In this document: positions 18,470 to 25,234 of the stretch, piece by piece
Numbering within the stretch: position 1 is the first letter of the stretch
How the letters are laid out: each line of letters opens with the position of its first letter
Origin: a virus
Taxonomy: Duplodnaviria; Caudoviricetes
DNA length: 26,988 nucleotides
Virus record (IMG/VR): IMGVR_UViG_3300047545_001071
Span: 1-26,988 of that record
Reading direction: 5' to 3' (one strand)
Position numbers and translations under genes: made by a program
The notes under the pieces: model-generated
What the model was told of the DNA's origin: nothing
The model's database searches: none
The model's input: only the letters and a program-made list of their open reading frames with translations

Positions 18470-18544
18470 AATTGTGTGTGTTGGGTATGGGTTGGTTGTT
18501 ATCTCTTGTGTAATAGGGATACTCTTAAGAGCTCCCTATTACTC

Positions 18545-18640
18545 TTACTCAAACTTAACGCTCTCTACTTCAGCAATCTCATCAATAAGAATCTCGCGAA
18601 TCATATCAGAATTGTCGTAAGCGTAGATGTTATCGTTCAT
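18545..18640 (-). CDS. Acidic microprotein (31 aa) MNDNIYAYDNSDMIREILIDEIAEVESVKFE
   Basis: ATG lies 9 nt after TTGCAA-N17-CATTAT (18650-18678), the same geometry as the cassette repeats. Confidence 0.6.
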   Translation of the reverse strand: MNDNIYAYDNSDMIREILIDEIAEVESVKFE

Positions 18641-18681
18641 TGTTCAGATATAATGGCGTAACTGTTACCAAATTGCAAGCT

Positions 18682-19194
18682 TTAATTGTCATAGGCCAGT
18701 AAAAAACGGACATCGTAGTCGTCCTTCTCGAATGCACGAGCAGCTGCGAGGAGTGCCTTCCAATGTGTGCAGTTAGTCTTGGACTTACGGAGAGCCTTGG
18801 CTAGCGTCTCCACACTACAATGCCCATGCGAGTGCCAATCCGGGTGCGTTACACCCATCGGATTGCCATCCTCGTCGTAAACAACTTGAGACACCCCTCG
18901 GCGAGGGGTGACCCCTCGCAGGACCCATTGCGCCGCTGTCACTTCTGCAGCTGATGCTTCGTTCGGATTTTCTGTCTTAGAGACCCGAACCAGGTTCCAG
19001 TTATTCGCTGACCACGAGGCATCCTTAGGCCATCCTGGAGTAGCCATCGGCTCATCGCACTGGCCCCGGACGTTGGAGAGGGCAGTGAACAGTTCGTAGC
19101 TACGTCCTGGACACAGCGGCTCGTGCGTGAAGCTGTGCCAATGATTGAAGTTCTTGTGCTTGGTTTCGAGAAAGATATGAATATCGCAGCCCAT
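18682..19194 (-). CDS. Conserved phage protein of the MGCDIH...xDN type (170 aa)
   Basis: MGCDIH, RSYELFxxLxxVR, PDWHSH and a C-terminal RFLLAYDN; promoter TTGCCT-N17-CATAAT at 19217-19245. Confidence 0.85.
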   Translation of the reverse strand: MGCDIHIFLETKHKNFNHWHSFTHEPLCPGRSYELFTALSNVRGQCDEPMATPGWPKDASWSANNWNLVRVSKTENPNEASAAEVTAAQWVLRGVTPRRGVSQVVYDEDGNPMGVTHPDWHSHGHCSVETLAKALRKSKTNCTHWKALLAAARAFEKDDYDVRFLLAYDN

Positions 19195-19246
19195 ATGTGT
19201 TATTGATTGTTAGAAGATTATGGTTACTCTCTTGGCTTAAGGCAAT

Positions 19247-19272
19247 AAAAAAAGGCCCTTAACGGGCCTTTT
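19247..19272. terminator. Rho-independent terminator abutting a -35 box
   Basis: AAAAAAAGGCCC-TTAAC-GGGCCTTTT. Confidence 0.85.
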
Positions 19273-19295
19273 AAATTTATTAAGCAAGTTAAAAC

Positions 19296-19595
19296 TTACC
19301 AATTACTCTTACACAATTCTTCCCACTTCTTATTCATCTCTTCATCCCAATTCTCCCAATTCTTCACCCAATAAAACCATTCACTCTTCTCGCTAAAAAC
19401 AAACTTTAAACTCTCCTCATCAATCCCAATACTTCCTACCCCACTCTCTTCATCAATCTTAACAATACTATCCTCATCACCTTCATCAAAGCTATACACA
19501 ACACTACTCAAATCATTACCCTCAACATCCTTAAACTTACCTAGCACATCACACTCTCCATAGCCCATGTAAACGTCAATGGTTCTGAATTTCAT
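19296..19595 (-). CDS. Highly acidic protein (99 aa) on a cytosine-depleted mRNA
   Basis: 25 D/E; no Ala, Pro, Gln or His; promoter TTGCCA-N16-CATTAT-N7-ATG (19603-19630). Confidence 0.8.
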   Translation of the reverse strand: MKFRTIDVYMGYGECDVLGKFKDVEGNDLSSVVYSFDEGDEDSIVKIDEESGVGSIGIDEESLKFVFSEKSEWFYWVKNWENWDEEMNKKWEELCKSNW

Positions 19596-19643
19596 AATGT
19601 TAATAATGTTAGCTTTTTATAAAATGGCAATAAAAAAAATAAC

Positions 19644-19715
19644 TCACTCCTTCACTTCAACAATCTCACCCAAATACTTCTCACCACAAACCAAAACATC
19701 ATTCTTAATTTTCAT
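19644..19715 (-). CDS. Microprotein (23 aa) MKIKNDVLVCGEKYLGEIVEVKE
   Basis: TTGCAA-N17-CATAAT-N6-ATG (19722-19750), leaderless geometry; the coding strand has no C. Confidence 0.65.
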   Translation of the reverse strand: MKIKNDVLVCGEKYLGEIVEVKE

Positions 19716-19751
19716 ACCATTATTATGTGAACGTTTTTGCAATATTGCAAT

Positions 19752-19782
19752 AAAAAAAAGCTCACCCAGATCTGGGTGAGCT
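19752..19782 (-). terminator. Rho-independent terminator abutting a -35 box
   Basis: Perfect 24-bp palindrome AGCTCACCCAGATCTGGGTGAGCT (19759-19782) followed by a T run on the minus strand. Confidence 0.85.
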
Positions 19783-19812
19783 ATTGGACCTAGCGTTGGC
19801 CTTGGTCAGTAC

Positions 19813-20073
19813 TTAGGCCTTCTTCTCAGCCTGAAGGCGCTTCCCCTCGCGGGAGAGGTACGTGGTCTGGAGCTTTTCCAGAGAGCCGTACTTTTGAATC
19901 ACCTTATCGATGTAAGTCGGTGAGGTGAGCTTGATGGTCTTACCCGTCACAACGCACTGCAGGCAGAGCGGTAGAGCATAACCACGTTCGGCAATCCGCT
20001 TAGCGCGGTTAGAAGCAACGGTAGCGGCACGCTTTGCAGCGGTAGTATTAGCAGTAGCAGTATTCTCAGTCAT
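19813..20073 (-). CDS. Basic hypothetical protein (86 aa), paralog of 15630..16040
   Basis: LQCVVTGKTIKLT...IDK...YGSLE; promoter TTGACT-N16-TAGAAT at 20124-20151; AAGGA upstream of the start. Confidence 0.8.
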   Translation of the reverse strand: MTENTATANTTAAKRAATVASNRAKRIAERGYALPLCLQCVVTGKTIKLTSPTYIDKVIQKYGSLEKLQTTYLSREGKRLQAEKKA

Positions 20074-20173
20074 GTTAGTTATCCTTAGTTTAGTTTTAGT
20101 TAGTACCTTATTGGTATGTTATTATTCTAGTCCCTTTTTGTATTAAGTCAAGTAAAAAGTATCGATAGAAAGA

Positions 20174-20356
20174 TTAGTAATTGTCGCTCGTAAGATCCTT
20201 GCAAATGAAGGCAAGATATTCTTTTACTAGTTCGTCACGATAAGCTTCCTTCTGGTCTTCGTTCTCGAATACGAGCTCGTCGTCCATGATCTTGTCGTTG
20301 AAGATCTCGTCGATCTCGCTGCTAATAAGGCGTTTGATTTCTTCGTAGGTGTCCAT
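20174..20356 (-). CDS. Acidic hypothetical protein (60 aa)
   Basis: Start re-called to ATG 20356 (MDTYEEIK...), 1 nt after the upstream stop. Confidence 0.75.
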   Translation of the reverse strand: MDTYEEIKRLISSEIDEIFNDKIMDDELVFENEDQKEAYRDELVKEYLAFICKDLTSDNY

Positions 20357-20357
20357 G

Positions 20358-20606
20358 TTAGTCTTGAAAGGCGTAGTAAACGTTATCGGGAATCTCATCT
20401 CGTACACAAGTATCGAGCCGGCGCATGGCCTGGGCAACTACATTTCGCGGTGCATCTGATTGAATCAGATTAGCGATGGAGATCAGATCCTCGTAGTCGC
20501 GTTGGACGAAGTCCCCTAGATGCAGGTACTTGTTGAGGTAACGGTAAGCAGAGTTAGCCACGTTTTCGGCGAGGCGATTGGTGTAGTTAACGTTCTCAAT
20601 TGTCAT
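20358..20606 (-). CDS. Hypothetical early protein (82 aa)
   Basis: TTGCCA-N17-CATAAT-N6-ATG (20613-20641); LDTxVRDxIP motif. Confidence 0.8.
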   Translation of the reverse strand: MTIENVNYTNRLAENVANSAYRYLNKYLHLGDFVQRDYEDLISIANLIQSDAPRNVVAQAMRRLDTCVRDEIPDNVYYAFQD

Positions 20607-20788
20607 ACAAGTATTATGGTAACGTTTGCTTAAAATGGCAAGCTAATTGTGCGTTGGAAGTATGCGCACCCCACTCTGGGAGCTTCTGCTCCTCCACCAT
20701 TAAAACTCTCAGGCTCACAAGAGCTGCTATGCAGCTTATTTTGTTTTGCTTATGAACGAGAATAAGAGCCTGAGAGTCGTAAGTATTT

Positions 20789-21481
20789 ATGCTTATGAAA
20801 GAGAATACAACGGTTCCATCTAAACCTAACTTTAAAGGGCTGAAAGAAGGTACAAAAGAGTTCAAAGCACGTTCGAGAGAAATCCGTAATTGGCGGCTTT
20901 TGTATGAACCTGGCTACAAAGAACGTGTCCGTAATTATACTAAAACTTACAGTACCAATAATGCAGCTCGCATAAAAGAAATCAATAACAAACTTGAAAA
21001 TCGAGTGAGACGTAACATGCTTCAAACTCAACGACGTCTAAAAAACTATGAAAAGCATCGAGCATACCATAAAGCTTACTTTGACAAAAACTATCAAACT
21101 AGTCCTTACTTCAGACTTAACCACATTCTTAGAGTCGGTTTGAGGGACAGTCTCCGGGATGGATATGACAAATGCGACTGCTTCGGTTGTAGTATCGTGG
21201 ATCTAAAAGCACATCTTGAGCAACAATTTATGGATGGAATGAACTGGACCAATCACGGTAAAGCCTGGCACATAGATCATATCATCTCTTTATCACAGGG
21301 GATTAAACTAGGGCTATCCAGTGATAGCGTGTGGAACTACGTTAATTTGCAGCCGTTACCAATACATGTGAATCTTTCGAAGAAAGATCACTTACAGAAA
21401 CAATACATGAACAAAATACTAGCTCACCCAGATGCACCAGATGAGCTAGTGGATATTGCGCTGGCGTTGCTTAGCTATTAA
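20789..21481 (+). CDS. Free-standing HNH endonuclease
   Basis: GCS..DLKAHLEQQF..GMNW.NHG..WHIDHI...NY.NLQPL...NLSK; TAAGTA at 20780-20785 (the start may be ATG 20795). Confidence 0.88.
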   Translation: MLMKENTTVPSKPNFKGLKEGTKEFKARSREIRNWRLLYEPGYKERVRNYTKTYSTNNAARIKEINNKLENRVRRNMLQTQRRLKNYEKHRAYHKAYFDKNYQTSPYFRLNHILRVGLRDSLRDGYDKCDCFGCSIVDLKAHLEQQFMDGMNWTNHGKAWHIDHIISLSQGIKLGLSSDSVWNYVNLQPLPIHVNLSKKDHLQKQYMNKILAHPDAPDELVDIALALLSY

Positions 21482-22481
21482 CGTATTCCTTGATAGCCTT
21501 CTTACCGGTAGCAATCAAGCTATCAACCATCTTATCGTCGCGAATACTGGACCAGAGCCGGGTCTTAGCCATCTTACCCAGCCCGAATTGGGAGCTAAAG
21601 GCCTGACGAGCTTGGTTTTTACCTTCGTTACGAGTGCTAAAGTGGGTGTAATACTCAGTGCCACCCTGGAAGCAGTCAGCTCGATCGTCTCCATTGTTGC
21701 CACGTCCTGAGGCAAACAGCTCAGTCAAACGCTCAACCTTTGCAAAGGTCTTAGGTCCGAGCTCACGGACCGAGTGCTCAGCGTTGTCATTACGAAGAAG
21801 GAACCCGGCATAAAAGTTACGAGCTTGCTCTTCGTTCATCGGCTCATTCATCAAGCGAGTGAATTCTGCCTTCCACTTAGCCTGTTGACCTGCGTACGCA
21901 TCAACAATTTCAACAATATTGTCCAGACGCACTACGACATCCTTGGAATGCTTAACCTTGCAACGGAGCTCGCTATTATTAGAATGAAGGTTGTAGTCGT
22001 AGGTATTGTTACAAACAACGCACGTATTGCTACCATTCACCCAGACTGCAGAGGACATATCATGCGAGTTACCAAATGAAAGATAATCGTAAAATTCGCG
22101 CTTCCCGAGAACATACTTATCCATCCCCTTGATGCTGATGGAGACAAACACCCGGCCACGATTGTTAACCGAGCCGACGGACTCAACCACCGCACCCTTA
22201 ACCCCGGAGATGGCCTCGCCGATCATGTCAAGGAACTGCTTATTGGTCACCGGAGTATAGGTCCCGGCGAACGGCTTGCCGATGAACTGCTTATCGTCAG
22301 ATCCGACGAGGATCTTGAACGGCACCTGCTCGCCATCGGTCGTCTGGAGCTGAACCTCCTCGATATCCCAATTGGTGAGCCAGTTATCCTTGAGGCCGAG
22401 ATCGGCGTTGATCTCGGTGAGTCCGTGCCAGCCCATGTGACGGGCCTGCTGACGATCGCGATTAGTGATTCCGTGTGACAT
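21471..22481 (-). CDS. DUF932/DUF945 (LGT_TIGR03299-like) family protein
   Basis: MSH...WHGL, YTPVTN...F, ESVGS...GRVF, NSHD.S, VVCNNT, KH and TEYYTH motifs; promoter TTGCAC-N17-GATAAT at 22504-22532. Confidence 0.85.
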   Translation of the reverse strand: MSHGITNRDRQQARHMGWHGLTEINADLGLKDNWLTNWDIEEVQLQTTDGEQVPFKILVGSDDKQFIGKPFAGTYTPVTNKQFLDMIGEAISGVKGAVVESVGSVNNRGRVFVSISIKGMDKYVLGKREFYDYLSFGNSHDMSSAVWVNGSNTCVVCNNTYDYNLHSNNSELRCKVKHSKDVVVRLDNIVEIVDAYAGQQAKWKAEFTRLMNEPMNEEQARNFYAGFLLRNDNAEHSVRELGPKTFAKVERLTELFASGRGNNGDDRADCFQGGTEYYTHFSTRNEGKNQARQAFSSQFGLGKMAKTRLWSSIRDDKMVDSLIATGKKAIKEYVNS

Positions 22482-22540
22482 AATGTTCCTTTATTGTGTT
22501 AATATTATCGGTTCAGAACCGATGAAGTGCAAGCTTAATT

Positions 22541-23164
22541 TCAGATAAGAGAGTTCAGATTGAGTTCGACATCTTTACCACCTTCAGTATACGTATTATC
22601 AACTTTCATTTCGCTTTCGCAATAATCGATAAGCTCTTTCTTCTTCATATTCAAGAACTCTTGAAAGTCTTTAGCGAACTTATTACGAAATTCGCTAGGT
22701 ACAATTTCATACGTATTGGGGAAATTCGTAAAATTGTAATTGTTCATAGTGAACGCTTTAATCTCTTGAATAGCAGCTGGTATGGTAACCGATCGATCAT
22801 TCATATCGATCAACTCGTTCTTATGAATCAAACGCGTTTGCGCATATGCAGCCGGTCGACCAGACGTCTTTTCGTAGATCGTAATATTACGATCGTGTGA
22901 ATGACGAGAAGAATCGTATGCACGAGAAGTCTTAATCTTGTAAGCACCTTTCGTCTTGTAATAGAGCTTACCCAAAAGAAACTTACGAGCAGTTTCAGTA
23001 TCCGTCCACCCCACATACTTGCCGTCTTTATCGAACCATACAGAAATGAATACAGACGGGTTATTACCAAAATCAGGATCACCCGAATTGAATTGGGGAT
23101 AGATCGGCAACGAAGCAGATGCGGGGACTGAATCGGGGCGGATGTTCTGTTGGTAACGTTTCAT
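22541..23164 (-). CDS. Hypothetical protein (207 aa) ending in the conserved C-terminal tag YTEGGKDVELNLNSLI
   Basis: Clean ORF; promoter TTGCCG-N17-CATAAT at 23182-23210. Confidence 0.8.
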   Translation of the reverse strand: MKRYQQNIRPDSVPASASLPIYPQFNSGDPDFGNNPSVFISVWFDKDGKYVGWTDTETARKFLLGKLYYKTKGAYKIKTSRAYDSSRHSHDRNITIYEKTSGRPAAYAQTRLIHKNELIDMNDRSVTIPAAIQEIKAFTMNNYNFTNFPNTYEIVPSEFRNKFAKDFQEFLNMKKKELIDYCESEMKVDNTYTEGGKDVELNLNSLI

Positions 23165-23212
23165 GTCTTAATTGTACGATGATTATGGTACCATTTTGGG
23201 CAAACGGCAAGG

Positions 23213-23272
23213 TTAATCTGACTTCTTTACGGATTTGATTCGCTTACTGTCTGGCTGTTGGGTGTGCTTCAT
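23213..23272 (-). CDS. Possible micropeptide (19 aa) MKHTQQPDSKRIKSVKKSD
   Basis: TTGCTA-N17-TACATT-N9-ATG (23282-23310) with the ggacaATG junction of the cassette repeats; the stop lies 2 nt before the next -35. Confidence 0.45.
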   Translation of the reverse strand: MKHTQQPDSKRIKSVKKSD

Positions 23273-23419
23273 TGTCCCATTAATGTAGCGGATATATCCC
23301 ATTCTAGCAAGCTAAAAAGGCAGAACAATGTAATCATTAAGCTTGCAGGTCCCCTTAAGAGTACTACAATTACAATAACAAATCGGGAATTCAGTGCATT
23401 CCCGCCTAAGTATGGCTAT

Positions 23420-23854
23420 ATGACTAAAGAACAGCATAAAGCGTACTATCAATATCGCCTAGGTAAAAACCCGAGCTACAAAGCAGCTGCAATTACAGAA
23501 AAAGAAGTCGAAGAATATCAGAGACGTTACCACCTTAACGCAGTTCGCTCAAGAGCACGACGCGGCGGTTTGCCGTTTAACTTAACAATTGAAGATATTG
23601 TTATTCCCACGGTATGTCCTGTCCTCGGGATAACTCTTTCCCGAGGTAGCGGTTACCGATCAGGCTGCTCGCCTTCGATTGATCGCATTAACCCGAGCCT
23701 CGGTTACGTTAAAGGTAACATTATTGTAGTTTCCATGCGCGCTAATGAAATAAAAAGGGATAGCACCTGGCCGGAAATAATGAAAGTTGCAGAGTTTTAC
23801 CGTAACTTAGAGCTTGCCAAGAACCATAACAGTGCCGATAATGTAGCACAATAA
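23420..23854 (+). CDS. Free-standing His-Me finger (HNH-like) endonuclease (144 aa)
   Basis: RARR.GLPFNLT.EDI.IP..CPVLG...SPSIDRI...GYVKGNI.VVS..AN..K; start re-called to ATG 23420, 7 nt after TAAGTA (23407-23412). Confidence 0.82.
   Translation: MTKEQHKAYYQYRLGKNPSYKAAAITEKEVEEYQRRYHLNAVRSRARRGGLPFNLTIEDIVIPTVCPVLGITLSRGSGYRSGCSPSIDRINPSLGYVKGNIIVVSMRANEIKRDSTWPEIMKVAEFYRNLELAKNHNSADNVAQ
23814..23842 (+). promoter_or_regulatory. Early-type promoter pointing rightwards into non-coding DNA
   Basis: gagcTTGCCA-N17-GATAAT, the same consensus as the minus-strand promoters. Confidence 0.6.
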
Positions 23855-24119
23855 GGGACCTCGTTTAACCGGGATGACCCAGCCACCGCGGTAACGCGGA
23901 TTCGATATGGGAACTCCTTGATCTTGGGAGTCAAGCTTAAAAGGGGGAGCCCGGGTACCTTTTGTTCTTTCCTTGCTACATGGATGTACCTATTATTGAC
24001 GTCTATTCGCTATGCACCGAAATAAGTTGCCGTTATGTAACCACCAGTTCCCATTAGTTTAGGTTATCTGAGGTACCTTACCAAACATAGTAGGGATATG
24101 GATTTCTTATGTTCGGTTC

Positions 24120-24220
24120 CCCACCTATATAACCGCACATTAGGGGGGCTAATATGGGGATTTTGGGAGAAATTTTTAGAAAAAAAATTGGGGGAAACCT
24201 TAGGTTTATACGGATATATT
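24120..24220. other. Non-coding A-tract element (right border of the early island)
   Basis: CCTATATA, GGGCTAATATGGGGATTTT, AAATTTTTAGAAAAAAAATT, AAACCT-T-AGGTTT and ACGGATATATT; parallels 15416-15510. Confidence 0.55.
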
Positions 24221-24251
24221 ATCCACTTTACCTAATCCGTTCCGTTCTCTC

Positions 24252-24425
24252 TTATTCCCCAATCTCTCTCCTCTCCGTCTCGAGTACCTGCATTAGGGTT
24301 GGCCATCTATCTTCGTCTACTCCATAGGCCTTGCCTGATCGACACATAACAATCATCTCATCATCATCTATGTATTCAATCTCTTCTATACGGATTCTCT
24401 CCGTTGGGTTTATCTTTACAAACAT
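24252..24425 (-). CDS. Small acidic protein (57 aa)
   Basis: Manual translation MFVKINPTERIRIEEIEYIDDDEMIVMCRSGKAYGVDEDRWPTLMQVLETERREIGE; begins 1 nt after the upstream stop. Confidence 0.7.
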   Translation of the reverse strand: MFVKINPTERIRIEEIEYIDDDEMIVMCRSGKAYGVDEDRWPTLMQVLETERREIGE

Positions 24426-24426
24426 A

Positions 24427-24591
24427 TTATTTCCTTTTATAACTCATTAGCTTCTCATAAAAGCTATCCCAGTGCTCATCATCACACCATACTACCCCTT
24501 GGTTGATTAGGTGTATTTGTGCTCCATTAAAGTCTACGTACTCTATTTGTTCTAGGTTTACTACCATAGTTTCTGATATCTGTGCAAACAT
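24427..24591 (-). CDS. Small protein (54 aa), paralog of 24252..24425
   Basis: Manual translation MFAQISETMVVNLEQIEYVDFNGAQIHLINQGVVWCDDEHWDSFYEKLMSYKRK; begins 1 nt after the upstream stop. Confidence 0.7.
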   Translation of the reverse strand: MFAQISETMVVNLEQIEYVDFNGAQIHLINQGVVWCDDEHWDSFYEKLMSYKRK

Positions 24592-24592
24592 A

Positions 24593-24799
24593 TTAGTTCC
24601 TCATTGATTCTACCAACGCTTCGTATACATAGTCTTCAATCTCTTTACGAGATAATCCATGATCAGGTATAATACTATCCATCTGTTCGTGAGTGATATC
24701 AATTACATGTCTGGTATTGATCTCACCGTAATTAAATAATCCCCTTGCCGAATCCTTCACGGCTGCTTTAGTGATGTAGTTGTTTTTGTTCCACTTCAT
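24593..24799 (-). CDS. Hypothetical protein (68 aa)
   Basis: Clean ORF, tightly packed with the downstream genes. Confidence 0.7.
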   Translation of the reverse strand: MKWNKNNYITKAAVKDSARGLFNYGEINTRHVIDITHEQMDSIIPDHGLSRKEIEDYVYEALVESMRN

Positions 24800-24890
24800 T
24801 TTTAGTTCTGCCTCTGTCTCTAGTTACACTTCTGGATTTGGTTGTTTGAATTTCTCAGACCGGAAGTATGCCCTTTAGTGTATGGGTACA

Positions 24891-25190
24891 TTATGAGGTA
24901 CGCTCATACACATGTATAGGTAAATTATGAGGTACGTAATCCTTTACTGACGGCCTCCACGAGTAAACGTCTCCTTCTACGTAATCCTTTACTGCCGGCA
25001 TGCCTGAGTACTCATCCCAATCTCTGAATACCATATACGGCTTAATATCATTATCGAATATCTGTGCCATCGTCTTATACAATTGCTCTCTTTCTTCTTT
25101 AGTCATACCTGTATACTCGGACTTATCCAATCCATAATCATGTCGAAATGTATAGCACATTCCGGTAATGATCTCTTCTCTGGTCTTCAT
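24891..25190 (-). CDS. Conserved phage hypothetical protein (99 aa)
   Basis: REEIITxMCYTxRHDYGL...GMT..ER..L...MAQIFDNDI.P motif; promoter TTGATT-N16-TACTAT-N7-ATG (25198-25225). Confidence 0.8.
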   Translation of the reverse strand: MKTREEIITGMCYTFRHDYGLDKSEYTGMTKEEREQLYKTMAQIFDNDIKPYMVFRDWDEYSGMPAVKDYVEGDVYSWRPSVKDYVPHNLPIHVYERTS

Positions 25191-25234
25191 AACTGATATA
25201 GTAATATCAGCTCTTAGGAAATCAAGTACGAACT

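Noticed and set aside
20645-20700. tRNA-like sequence ending in CCACCA (also GGATTCGAT near 23898)
   Set aside because: No acceptor stem or cloverleaf could be built by eye.
16325-23131. Other ORFs overlapping real genes in the island (e.g. 17080..17292, 17320..17673, 17863..18048, 18284..18661, 21774..22079)
   Set aside because: Antisense shadows; the recurring HCPYSMVT peptide is just the cassette repeat read on the wrong strand.
8941-23419. Longer starts in the ORF track (9069, 12814, 16130, 17099, 18066, 20437, 23258)
   Set aside because: The extensions run through promoters or neighbouring genes; downstream ATGs fit the promoter geometry.
16097-23854. Group I introns housing the endonucleases
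   Set aside because: No interrupted host gene and no recognisable P/Q/R/S core; the flanking genes are intact.
23904-23934. Additional minus-strand promoter aagcTTGACT
   Set aside because: The -35 context is good, but there is no acceptable -10 box at 16-18 nt spacing.
24820-24891. 23-aa ORF MYPYTKGHTSGLRNSNNQIQKCN coupled to the upstream stop
   Set aside because: Too short, with no motif, promoter or paralog to support it.
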